Shown here in pieces: positions 11,034-20,492 of a stretch of DNA of 64,000 nucleotides (position 1 is the first letter of the stretch; every line of letters begins with the position of its first letter). Source of the DNA: an uncultured Pelagibacteraceae bacterium (GTDB lineage: Bacteria > Pseudomonadota > Alphaproteobacteria > Pelagibacterales > Pelagibacteraceae); assembly GCA_902535745.1 (NCBI GenBank), contig CACAUR010000003.1, positions 8,747 to 72,746 of the forward strand. Reading direction: 5' to 3'. The notes below the pieces were generated by a model. The model was not told where the DNA came from. It made no database searches and was given only the letters and a program-made list of their open reading frames with translations. The position numbers were made by a program, and so were the translations under genes.

Positions 11034-11041
11034 GTCAATAT

Positions 11042-11818
11042 TTAAGCTAATTCAATTTCGATAGGGGTATGATCGGAAGGTTTCTCTCTTCCTCTAGGGT
11101 CTTTATTAATATTAATTTTTTTAACATTATCTATTATAGAACTTGAAACTAAAAAATGATCAATTCTCATACCATTATTTTTTTGCCAAGCACCTCTCAT
11201 ATAATCCCAAAAAGTATAGCCTTCTTTTGTTTCATTAAAATGTCTGTAGACATCACTGAAACCTAAGCTTAACATCTCTCTAAATTTTTTTCTTATTTCA
11301 AGTCTATATAATGCGTCATCCTCAAAACTTTTAGGATTATAAACGTCTTCTGCAGCTGGAATTATATTAAAATCTCCTGTTAGAATTATATTTTTATTGG
11401 TTTTAGATATAGATTTTAATTTTTTAATCAAATCATCTAACCATTTTTTTTTGTATTCGTATTTTGGTGTATCAACCGGGTTTCCATTAGGTGTATAAAT
11501 ATTGATTAATTTTATCTTTTTTTTCTTATGTTCAACTTCTGCAGATATAATTCTAGATTGTTTTAATTTATCTTTAATTATATCAGTTTCGACATTACCT
11601 AACTTTTTTTTGGAAATAATTGCAACACCATTATAACTTTTTTGACCATGGACGTGGCTTTCGTAATCAAGAGATGAGAACACATCAAAAGGAAAATTAA
11701 ACTCTTCAGTCTTAATCTCCTGCATTACCAATATATCTGGCTTGTATTTAACTAAATAACTTTTAATATTATCAATTCTTGCTCTTACCGAATTAACATT
11801 CCATGATGAAATTAACAT
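11042..11818 (-). CDS. xth: exodeoxyribonuclease III
   Basis: SWNVNSVRAR, QEIK, YNGVAI, GDFN, RIDHFL and SDHTP motifs. The true start is probably MLISS at 11818 (TAATG overlap with erpA). Confidence 0.95.
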   Translation of the reverse strand: MLISSWNVNSVRARIDNIKSYLVKYKPDILVMQEIKTEEFNFPFDVFSSLDYESHVHGQKSYNGVAIISKKKLGNVETDIIKDKLKQSRIISAEVEHKKKKIKLINIYTPNGNPVDTPKYEYKKKWLDDLIKKLKSISKTNKNIILTGDFNIIPAAEDVYNPKSFEDDALYRLEIRKKFREMLSLGFSDVYRHFNETKEGYTFWDYMRGAWQKNNGMRIDHFLVSSSIIDNVKKININKDPRGREKPSDHTPIEIELA

Positions 11819-12141
11819 TAAAGGGAAAAAGATACACCACAACCACAAGATGACTTGCTCTGGGGATTGTTTATTGTGAATTGCTGCCCAATAAGCTCCT
11901 TAGAAAAATCAACTTCTGAACCCTTCAACATATCTGCTGATGTTTTGTCGATCAAAATATTATTAAACACTAGATCATCCTCATTCTTAGCTTTATCGAA
12001 TGAAAAATCATACTGAAAACCTGAACATCCTCCTCCTTTAATAGCGATTCTAAAAAAAGAACCTTTTTCTTTTTTATCAAGAAGGTAATTGATTTGTTTT
12101 ATAGCATTATCTGTAAATATAATTTCTTTATTCATAATCAA
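11818..12141 (-). CDS. erpA: A-type iron-sulfur carrier (ErpA/IscA family)
   Basis: GGGCSGFQY and SCGCGVSF motifs. Confidence 0.88.
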   Translation of the reverse strand: MIMNKEIIFTDNAIKQINYLLDKKEKGSFFRIAIKGGGCSGFQYDFSFDKAKNEDDLVFNNILIDKTSADMLKGSEVDFSKELIGQQFTINNPQSKSSCGCGVSFSL

Positions 12142-12185
12142 ACTAAGTTATTACTAATATAATTATATATTTTCTTTTTTAAAGT

Positions 12186-13301
12186 ATGAATAATTACAAA
12201 AAATTAGGTGTTTTTAAAAGCAAAGGTAGATTTTTTAAGGACAAAATAAGCAAATACAGAAGCCCATTTCAAAGAGACAGGGACAGAATCATTCATAGTG
12301 CTTCATTTAGAAGATTAAAGCACAAAACCCAAGTTTTTGTAAATACTGATGGTGATCATTATAGAACAAGAATGACTCATTCCTTAGAAGTAGCACAAAT
12401 TGCAAGATCAATATCTAAATATTTAAACTTCAATGATGATTTAGCCGAAACATTAAGTTTAGCACACGATCTTGGCCACACCCCTTTTGGTCATGCAGGT
12501 GAGGAAGTTTTAAATGATTGTATGAGTAACCATGGAGGTTTTGATCATAACTTGCAAACCCTAAGAATAGTAATGTTTATAGAAAAAAAATATATTAATT
12601 TTGATGGTTTAAATTTGTCTTTTGAAACTTTAGATGGTTTAATAAAACATAATGGACCAATCAAAGACTTATCTAAATTAGAAAATATTATTGGAATAAA
12701 ATCTTTAAAAAATAAGTTTAAATTAAATAAATTTTCATGTTTAGAATCACAGATTTCAAACATTGCAGATGACATTGCTTACAACAATCATGACATACAA
12801 GACGGTCTAAAAGCAGGCTTATTCACATTAGAAGAATTATTGGAAATCAATTTCTTTAAAGATATATATAAAAAATACAAAAATAAAAAAAAGATAGAAT
12901 TACAAGTTTTGATACATCAAATAATCAGAGACTCTATAGACCTAATGGTAAAAGACATAATAAATAACACTATTCAGAATATAAAAAAAAATAAGATTAA
13001 AAAGCTCAATAATGTATTTGATAATAAGGATAAGACAGTCAAATTTTCGGATAAACTTAAAGATATTGACAAGGATATAAGAAGTTTTTTAAGAAAAAAT
13101 ATGTATCACCATAAAGATGTTCAAAAAAGAAACGATGAAGGAAAAAAAATCGTGAATTTTTTATTTAAAAAGCTTTACAGTAATACTAATAATAATTTTT
13201 CAATACAAAATTTTGATAAGAATAAATCTAGATCAGTTGCAGACTTTATATCCGGAATGACAGATCGTTATGCAATAAATTTATATGAAGAATTAAAATA
13301 G
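12186..13301 (+). CDS. dgt: deoxyguanosinetriphosphate triphosphohydrolase
   Basis: RDRDRIIHSASFRRLKHKTQV, HDLGHTPFGHAGE and DFISGMTD motifs. Confidence 0.93.
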   Translation: MNNYKKLGVFKSKGRFFKDKISKYRSPFQRDRDRIIHSASFRRLKHKTQVFVNTDGDHYRTRMTHSLEVAQIARSISKYLNFNDDLAETLSLAHDLGHTPFGHAGEEVLNDCMSNHGGFDHNLQTLRIVMFIEKKYINFDGLNLSFETLDGLIKHNGPIKDLSKLENIIGIKSLKNKFKLNKFSCLESQISNIADDIAYNNHDIQDGLKAGLFTLEELLEINFFKDIYKKYKNKKKIELQVLIHQIIRDSIDLMVKDIINNTIQNIKKNKIKKLNNVFDNKDKTVKFSDKLKDIDKDIRSFLRKNMYHHKDVQKRNDEGKKIVNFLFKKLYSNTNNNFSIQNFDKNKSRSVADFISGMTDRYAINLYEELK

Positions 13302-15029
13302 ATGAATATATTTGATTATTATCACAGTTCTTTATTAAAAGGTCTTAAAGATTTTGAAAAAAAAGGAGCAATCAAAATTCCAGAAAAAACTAATAGTATT
13401 AGTGTGGAGGTTCCACCTGATAAGTTTGATGCCGATATTTCAACAAACATTTGTATGGTTTTGTCAGGTATTAATAAAAGTAAACCAAAAGATATATATG
13501 AAAATTATGTATCAAAACTTTTGAGTAAAGACAACAATTTAGAAAACTTTGAAATTGTAAATCCTGGTTTTGTAAATTTAAAATTTAAAAAGAAATTTTG
13601 GAACTCTTTTTTAGAAAAAATTGTTCAATTAAAAAAATATGGATCAAATAAGAATGAAAAAACTAGAAAATATTTAGTTGAATTCGTATCAGCTAATCCA
13701 ACCGGACCTTTACATGTAGGCCACTGTAGAGGAGCTGTATTTGGAGACGTTCTTTCAAATCTACTAAAATTTAATAATCATAATGTTACAAAAGAATATT
13801 ACATAAATGATCATGGCAATCAGATTGTAAACTTTACTAATTCTGTCTTTTACAGAATTTTAGAATTAAAACACAAAAAAAAATTTCCTGATGACGAAAA
13901 TCTTTATCCTGGTGAATACATAAAAGAAATTGCGCAAAATATTATATCAAATTCTAAAATTGATAAGTTTGATGAGTTGGAACCAATATTTGAAGAATTA
14001 CAGAAACTTTGTATCGAAAATTCTCTATTAATTATAAAGTCTAATTTAAAGAAGATAGGTATTGTTCATGATAATTTTGTAAGTGAAAAAAGTATAATCG
14101 GAAATAAAGAAGTGGAAAAAGCTTTAAAAAAACTAAAGGAGCAAGATTTAATTTTTGAAGGAAAAATTGAGGCACCTCAAGGAGAGAAGAAAAAAGTTTC
14201 TGAAATTAGAAATCAATTATTATTTAGATCAACAGAGTTTGGTGATGATAAGGATAGAGCTTTAAAAAAAGACGATGACAGTTGGACATACTTTGCTGGA
14301 GATCTTGCATACCATGACAATAAGATTAGTAGAAATTTTGATATACTCATCAACATTCTTGGTGCCGATCATGCTGGTTACATTAAAAGAATAAGTTCTG
14401 TTGTAGATGCTTTATCAAAAAATAAGCAAAAAATAGAATGCAAAGTAACTCAATTAGTAAAACTTATTAAAGATAATAAACCATTTAAAATGTCAAAGAG
14501 GAAAGGTGATTATATCACTCTAGAAGATTTAATAAATGAAGTGGGAAAAGATGCAGCTAGATTTATTATGTTAAGTAGAGTGAGTGATGTTGAATTAGAA
14601 TTTGACTTTGAAAAGGTCAAACTTAAATCTAAAGACAATCCTTTGTATTATGTTCAATATTCTTACGCTAGAATTTGTTCAATTTTTTCAAATTCAAAAA
14701 CACCAATTAACAACGATTATAAAAATTTAGATAAAAATTTTGAATTTAACGATGAAGAAATTAAGATTATAAGAAAACTTTCAGAATGGCCAAAATGTAT
14801 AGAAACTTCTATAAATAAATTTGAACCACACCGACTGACAACATATTTGTATCAGTTAGCATCTATATTTCATTCATACTGGAATATGGGTAGAGATAGT
14901 GAAAATTTCAGATTTTTAGATAAGGATAAGAAAATTGATACGAACAAAGCAGTTTTGTTAAATTGTATTCTATTAGTGATTAAAAATGGTATGGAAATTA
15001 TCGGAGTTGATACACCGGAAAATATGTAA
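13302..15029 (+). CDS. argS: arginine--tRNA ligase
   Basis: VEFVSANPTGPLHVGH, KMSKRKG and NPLYYVQY motifs. Confidence 0.97.
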   Translation: MNIFDYYHSSLLKGLKDFEKKGAIKIPEKTNSISVEVPPDKFDADISTNICMVLSGINKSKPKDIYENYVSKLLSKDNNLENFEIVNPGFVNLKFKKKFWNSFLEKIVQLKKYGSNKNEKTRKYLVEFVSANPTGPLHVGHCRGAVFGDVLSNLLKFNNHNVTKEYYINDHGNQIVNFTNSVFYRILELKHKKKFPDDENLYPGEYIKEIAQNIISNSKIDKFDELEPIFEELQKLCIENSLLIIKSNLKKIGIVHDNFVSEKSIIGNKEVEKALKKLKEQDLIFEGKIEAPQGEKKKVSEIRNQLLFRSTEFGDDKDRALKKDDDSWTYFAGDLAYHDNKISRNFDILINILGADHAGYIKRISSVVDALSKNKQKIECKVTQLVKLIKDNKPFKMSKRKGDYITLEDLINEVGKDAARFIMLSRVSDVELEFDFEKVKLKSKDNPLYYVQYSYARICSIFSNSKTPINNDYKNLDKNFEFNDEEIKIIRKLSEWPKCIETSINKFEPHRLTTYLYQLASIFHSYWNMGRDSENFRFLDKDKKIDTNKAVLLNCILLVIKNGMEIIGVDTPENM

Positions 15030-15283
15030 TGATAAAAGAATTAAGATATGTGCTAATTATATTTTTAATCTTAATATTTTTTTTCCTAACAATTAAATAC
15101 TATCTGTCGGATGAACATAAGAAAAAATATTATAGAACTGTCAACGAAATCAACAATAACTTAAGTATAGATGATCAAAATATACCTATACTAAAAAATG
15201 ACACTCAAGATATAATTACTTACATTGATGATAAAAACGAAAAGACGAAACCTTTTTCATTCTGGAAACTTTTAAATGAATAA
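15029..15283 (+). CDS. small bitopic membrane protein, function unknown
   Basis: One N-terminal TM helix; translationally coupled to argS and nagZ. Confidence 0.7.
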   Translation: MIKELRYVLIIFLILIFFFLTIKYYLSDEHKKKYYRTVNEINNNLSIDDQNIPILKNDTQDIITYIDDKNEKTKPFSFWKLLNE

Positions 15284-16238
15284 TCTTAAATCAAGAAGAG
15301 CTTTTATAGTTGGATTAAGCTCAACTAAAATTACAAATAAAGAGAGACATTTTTTGAGAAAATTTAAACCTTGGGGTGTAATTTTATTTGCAAGAAATAT
15401 CAAATCAGTTGATCAGACTAAAAAACTTACCAATGATATAAAAAAGATTTTTAAAGATCCAAAATATCCAATTTTGATAGACGAAGAGGGCGGCATGGTA
15501 ACTAGAATTAGATCTATAATTGACAATAGTCATTTTCCTGCAAAATACTTTGGTGACAATTATAAAAAAGATAAAACCAAGTCTTTGCTTTATCTAAGAA
15601 CTTACATCAAACAAATTAGTTATTTGTTAAGATATATGGGGATAAGTATTAACACGGTACCTGTTTTGGATATTCCTAGGCCATTTACATCAAAGGTTAT
15701 TGGCACTAGAGCAATTTCGAAAGACATTAGTGTAATTAATAAAATTGGTGAAAAAACAATAGAACATTTTGAAGAAGCGCGTATTGCAACTGTAATAAAA
15801 CATATTCCTGGTCATGGATTAGCAAAATCAGACAGTCACTTAAAATTACCTATTGTAGATAAGACTTACGAATATTTAATGAAGAATGATTTTAAAACTT
15901 TTAAAAATAAAAAATCATTATTTGCTATGACAGCCCATATTCTATTTAAGAAAATTGATGCAAATAATCCTGTAACCCATTCGTCAAAGATTATTGGTAT
16001 TATTAAAAAAAAGTTAAAGTTTAAAAATTTAATAATTAGTGATGATATTTCGATGAAAGCATTAAAATTTAATATTACTTTAAATACTATTAAAGCATTT
16101 ACTGCAGGTTGTGATTTAGTTCTTCATTGTAACGGAAAAATCAAAGAAATGATCAAAGTTGCTGAAAATTCAAAAAAAATAAATAAATTTATAATCGAAA
16201 AGACCTTAAAATATTATAGATTAGTAGATAATGATTAA
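15276..16238 (+). CDS. nagZ: beta-N-acetylhexosaminidase (GH3)
   Basis: GVILFARN, IDEEGGMV, KHIPGHG...DSH and SDDISM motifs. Confidence 0.92.
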   Translation: MNNLKSRRAFIVGLSSTKITNKERHFLRKFKPWGVILFARNIKSVDQTKKLTNDIKKIFKDPKYPILIDEEGGMVTRIRSIIDNSHFPAKYFGDNYKKDKTKSLLYLRTYIKQISYLLRYMGISINTVPVLDIPRPFTSKVIGTRAISKDISVINKIGEKTIEHFEEARIATVIKHIPGHGLAKSDSHLKLPIVDKTYEYLMKNDFKTFKNKKSLFAMTAHILFKKIDANNPVTHSSKIIGIIKKKLKFKNLIISDDISMKALKFNITLNTIKAFTAGCDLVLHCNGKIKEMIKVAENSKKINKFIIEKTLKYYRLVDND

Positions 16239-16965
16239 TCAAAGTAATGCATTTAACGTAGACTTAAATCAGTTTAGTGGTCCACTTGATTTATTGTTGG
16301 ATTTAGCTAAATCTCAAAAAGTTAAAATTGAAGATATATCGATAACAAAACTAGCAGATCAATTCCTAGAATATATTTCAAAAGCAGAAAAATTAAATTT
16401 AGATATTGCCTCAGAATATCTAGTTATGGCTACATGGTTAGCTTATTTGAAATCAAAACTTTTATTACCACAAACGGAGGAAGATGAATTTAAAGTTGAT
16501 GAAGTAGCAGAAAAATTAAAACTACAATTAAAAAAGTTAGAATTAATCAGACTACTTTCAGATCAAATGCTTAAGAAAAAAAGATTAGGAAGAGACATCT
16601 TTATGAGAGGTATTAAAGGTAAAATTAAATCTATATATAGCGAAAAATACTCAGTAAATTTATATGACTTACTTAAATCTTATTCGACTATTTATATGCA
16701 GAAGGATTTCCAAAAAATTAATATTCCAAAACTTCCAGTTTTTACTACAGAAGATGGAATAAACAGAATTAAAAGATTTCTTAATAACTTAAATGACTGG
16801 AAAAATATAAATGCACTATATCCAGAGAATTTTATGAAATCTAAAGATCAGAAAAAAACTGGCATAGCCGGTCTTTTTGCTGGTTCTTTAGAACTAGTAA
16901 AAGAAGGAAATCTACAGATTAAACAAGAGAAAATATTTGATGACATATTTATTAAAAAAACATGA
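16231..16965 (+). CDS. scpA: segregation and condensation protein A
   Basis: FSGPLDLLLDL and EYLVMATWLAYLKSKLLLP motifs. Confidence 0.93.
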   Translation: MINQSNAFNVDLNQFSGPLDLLLDLAKSQKVKIEDISITKLADQFLEYISKAEKLNLDIASEYLVMATWLAYLKSKLLLPQTEEDEFKVDEVAEKLKLQLKKLELIRLLSDQMLKKKRLGRDIFMRGIKGKIKSIYSEKYSVNLYDLLKSYSTIYMQKDFQKINIPKLPVFTTEDGINRIKRFLNNLNDWKNINALYPENFMKSKDQKKTGIAGLFAGSLELVKEGNLQIKQEKIFDDIFIKKT

Positions 16966-17660
16966 AAAACGAAAAAAAAAATAACAATATAATAAATTTT
17001 CCAAATAGTTTAACAAATGGAGAAAGAGAAGTTGAAGCAATCCTGTTTGCAGCTTCAGAACCACTTGAAATTGAAAGTATAGAAGCAAGATTAAATAAAA
17101 AAGTTGATGTAAAAAAAATTCTAAAAAAACTAGAGAAAATTTATGAAAACCGTGGTTTCAATCTGGTTTGTATATCTAATAAATGGTCTTTTAGAACTTC
17201 ATCAAATTTATCTTCATTAATGACTCAACAAAAAAAAGTTGAAAAAAAATTATCCAAAGCATCTATAGAAACTTTATCTATTATTGTTTATCACCAACCA
17301 GTAACTAGAGCAGAGATTGAAGAAATACGTGGAGTTGCTTTTGGTGTAAATACTTTAGATATTTTAATGGAATTAAATTGGGTAAAACCAATGGGTAGAA
17401 AAGATGTACCAGGCAAACCAATTCAATATGGCACAACAGATGATTTCTTAAGCCACTTCAATATAAAAAAATTGTCTGATTTGCCTACTATAGAAGAATT
17501 AAGCTCTGCAGGCCTAATCGACAGTTCTAATATTGATTCTGCGATTTTTGGAACAGGCAAATTTTATCAAGAGAAAGAAGATGAAAAGAAAGAAAATATT
17601 TATACTGAAATAGACGATATGCTAAGTAGTACGTTAGATAAAGAAAATGACGATAAGTAA
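16962..17660 (+). CDS. scpB: segregation and condensation protein B
   Basis: VEAILFA, LSKASIETLSIIVYHQPVTRAEIEEIRGV and YGTTDDFL motifs. Confidence 0.95.
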   Translation: MKNEKKNNNIINFPNSLTNGEREVEAILFAASEPLEIESIEARLNKKVDVKKILKKLEKIYENRGFNLVCISNKWSFRTSSNLSSLMTQQKKVEKKLSKASIETLSIIVYHQPVTRAEIEEIRGVAFGVNTLDILMELNWVKPMGRKDVPGKPIQYGTTDDFLSHFNIKKLSDLPTIEELSSAGLIDSSNIDSAIFGTGKFYQEKEDEKKENIYTEIDDMLSSTLDKENDDK

Positions 17661-17703
17661 ATTATTACTTTTAAATGATTAATAAACGAGCTATAAATAA
17701 CTT

Positions 17704-17916
17704 ATGAGTATAGGTTTTTGGCAAATTGCAGTAGTCGTTATACTGGTAGTCTTACTGTTTGGCAGAGGTAAAATCTCAAGTCTTATGGGTGATGTTGCCA
17801 AAGGTATTAAAAGTTTTAAAAAAGGTATGGCACAAGATCCAACTGAGGATCAGACAAAAAACGTTACTGAAAATAACGATCAGACTAATAATCAAGATCC
17901 AAATAATAAAGAATAA
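17704..17916 (+). CDS. tatA: Tat translocase TatA
   Basis: [26 protein letters not shown]. Confidence 0.95.
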   Translation: MSIGFWQIAVVVILVVLLFGRGKISSLMGDVAKGIKSFKKGMAQDPTEDQTKNVTENNDQTNNQDPNNKE

Positions 17917-17919
17917 TCA

Positions 17920-18156
17920 ATGCCACAGATTGGCTGGTTTGAATTACTGTTAATAATTGGTCTAGCAGTAGTTATAATTGGTCCAAAAGATTTTCCAATT
18001 GTTTTAAAAAAAATTGGAAGTTGGTTCGGTTCAATCAAAAGATATATCAGTGCTGTGCAATCAGAGGTTTCCAATCTTGAGGAAAATACACTTGATTATG
18101 AGAATAAAGAAAACAAAGATAAAAAGGAATATGTAAAGAAAGATGAGTCAAAATAA
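17920..18156 (+). CDS. tatB: Tat translocase TatB (short)
   Basis: IGWFELLLII..AVVIIGPKDFP. Confidence 0.9.
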   Translation: MPQIGWFELLLIIGLAVVIIGPKDFPIVLKKIGSWFGSIKRYISAVQSEVSNLEENTLDYENKENKDKKEYVKKDESK

Positions 18157-18904
18157 AGACGAAGGTTTTATTAGTCATTTGACTGAATTAAGAAAAAGAT
18201 TAATTCAATCTTTTGTTTGTTTATTAGTTTTATTTATCATTTGTTATATTTTTTCTGAAGAAATATATAATTTTCTTGTAGCTCCTTATGCTGAAGCTGT
18301 AAAAAATAGTGAAATACAAAGAAGGTTAATCTTTACAGCATTACAAGAAACTTTTTTAACCTACATTAAAGTATCTTTTTTTACTGCATTCTTTTTTACT
18401 AGTCCTTTTATATTAATTCAAATTTGGAAATTTATTGCTCCAGGTTTATATGAACATGAAAAGTCAGCAATCATGCCTTATTTGGTTGTAACTCCAATCT
18501 TATTTCTTTTAGGTGGAATGCTAGTTTATTATTTAATTATGCCTTTAGCGATTAAATTTTTCTTATCATTTGAAAGTACTGGTATAACCACATCATTGCC
18601 AATACAACTTGAAGCTAAAGTGAATGAATACCTATCACTTGTTATGAAATTAATTTTTGCTTTTGGATTAAGTTTTCAATTACCTGTTGTGTTGTCATTG
18701 TTAGCAAGGGTTGGTTTTGTAGACTCTGAGTTCCTTAAAACAAGAAGAAAGTATGTTGTAATTATTATTTTTACAGCTGCCGCAATACTTACTCCACCTG
18801 ATCCAATTACACAAATTGGTTTGGCGATTCCATTATTAATTTTATATGAATTATCTATAATTTCGGTAAGAATGATTGAAAAAAAAGTAGAAGAAAATGC
18901 ATGA
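18143..18904 (+). CDS. tatC: Tat translocase TatC
   Basis: HLTELRKRL, WKFIAPGLY, FQLP and TPPD motifs. Confidence 0.96.
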   Translation: MSQNKDEGFISHLTELRKRLIQSFVCLLVLFIICYIFSEEIYNFLVAPYAEAVKNSEIQRRLIFTALQETFLTYIKVSFFTAFFFTSPFILIQIWKFIAPGLYEHEKSAIMPYLVVTPILFLLGGMLVYYLIMPLAIKFFLSFESTGITTSLPIQLEAKVNEYLSLVMKLIFAFGLSFQLPVVLSLLARVGFVDSEFLKTRRKYVVIIIFTAAAILTPPDPITQIGLAIPLLILYELSIISVRMIEKKVEENA

Positions 18905-20153
18905 CATAAAAGAAATTAGAGAAAATTTAAAAAAATTTTCAGATCAAATAAAAAAAAGAAATGTCGATGTAAAGTTTGATGAAATTTTAGATTTAGACAA
19001 ACAAAATAGGTCTTTAATTCAAGAAAAAGAGAAATTAGAATCTGAAAAAAAATCTATTTCAAAAAGTAAGGATAAATCTTTATTTAAAAAATCTAAAGAA
19101 CTTACTGACAAAATAAGCACTCTTCAAACAAAGCAACTGTCAATAAGCCAAAAATTAAATGAATTATTATCATCAATACCTAACACACCTTTATCAAGTG
19201 TACCAGAGGGTAAGGACGAAACCTCAAATAAAGAAGTTGAAAAAAAAGGTACTATTAAAGAAAGTATATTTAAAATTAAGTCTCACTATGAAGTAGGTGA
19301 AAATCTAAATATGCTTGATTTTGATCTTGCCACAAAGACTTCAGGATCAAGATTTGTATTTGTGAAAAACAAACTCGCTAAATTAGAAAGAGCTTTATCA
19401 AATTTTATGATTGATGTTCATACAAAAGAAAATGGTTATGAGGAGATATCTCCACCATTACTCGCTAATTTTGATACTATGTTCGGCACTGGACAACTTC
19501 CTAAATTTGAGTCTGATCAATTTGAAATTAAAATCGATGATAACAACAGAAAATTTTTAATTCCAACCGCAGAAGTTATTTTAACTAATATGGCAAGGGA
19601 AAAAACACTTGATATAAAAGAATTACCCTTAAGATATGTAGCATCTACTCCTTGCTTTAGAAAAGAAGCTGGAAGCTATGGCAAAGATACAAAAGGAATG
19701 ATTAGGCAGCACCAATTTTATAAAGTTGAACTTGTAAGCTTAGTAGATCCTCAAAAATGTGAAGAGGAGTTAGATAGAATGACCAAATGTGCATCAGGAA
19801 TTTTAGATAAACTGAAACTGCCTTATAGAATTGTAGAGCTATGTACAGGAGATATGGGTTTTAGTGCTCAAAAAACTTATGATATTGAAGTTTGGGTGCC
19901 TTCAGAAAAAAAATATAGAGAAATTTCTAGTTGTTCAACATGTGGAACTTTTCAAGCTAGAAGAATGAAAGCCAAATATAAAAATTCGAAAAATGAAAAA
20001 AATTTTATAGGCACATTAAATGGAAGTGGACTCGCAATTGGAAGAACGATGATTGCGATCCTGGAAAATTATCAAGACAAAGATGGATCAATTATAATAC
20101 CTGACGTATTAAAACCATACATGGATAATATTGATAAAATCACATCTAATTAG
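18897..20153 (+). CDS. serS: serine--tRNA ligase
   Basis: LIPTAEV, CFRKEAGSYG, RQHQFYKVEL and LNGSGLAIGR motifs. Confidence 0.97.
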   Translation: MHDIKEIRENLKKFSDQIKKRNVDVKFDEILDLDKQNRSLIQEKEKLESEKKSISKSKDKSLFKKSKELTDKISTLQTKQLSISQKLNELLSSIPNTPLSSVPEGKDETSNKEVEKKGTIKESIFKIKSHYEVGENLNMLDFDLATKTSGSRFVFVKNKLAKLERALSNFMIDVHTKENGYEEISPPLLANFDTMFGTGQLPKFESDQFEIKIDDNNRKFLIPTAEVILTNMAREKTLDIKELPLRYVASTPCFRKEAGSYGKDTKGMIRQHQFYKVELVSLVDPQKCEEELDRMTKCASGILDKLKLPYRIVELCTGDMGFSAQKTYDIEVWVPSEKKYREISSCSTCGTFQARRMKAKYKNSKNEKNFIGTLNGSGLAIGRTMIAILENYQDKDGSIIIPDVLKPYMDNIDKITSN

Positions 20154-20198
20154 GAGTTGTGTTAATTAATCTAATAGTATAAAAACCAACTTATTATT

Positions 20199-20486
20199 AT
20201 GTCTGAATCAGGATTTGCACAATTAATACCTTTAATACTAATTTTTGTTATTTTTTATTTTTTCTTAATAAGACCACAACAAAAAAAAGTTAAAGAACAT
20301 AAGTTGATGGTTGAAAACTTAAAAAGAGGTGACAAAGTTATTACCTCTGGCGGAATAATAGGTACTATCGAGAGAATTATTGACGGCGATAAAGCAGAAA
20401 TTTCTATAACTGATAATGTTAAAGTTGAAGTTATCAAATCTACAGGTATTCAAGCCCTAATAAATAATACTGACCAAAAAAAATAA
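20199..20486 (+). CDS. yajC: preprotein translocase YajC
   Basis: FYFFLIRPQQKK and LKRGDKVITSGGIIG motifs. Confidence 0.95.
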   Translation: MSESGFAQLIPLILIFVIFYFFLIRPQQKKVKEHKLMVENLKRGDKVITSGGIIGTIERIIDGDKAEISITDNVKVEVIKSTGIQALINNTDQKK

Positions 20487-20492
20487 TTTTAA

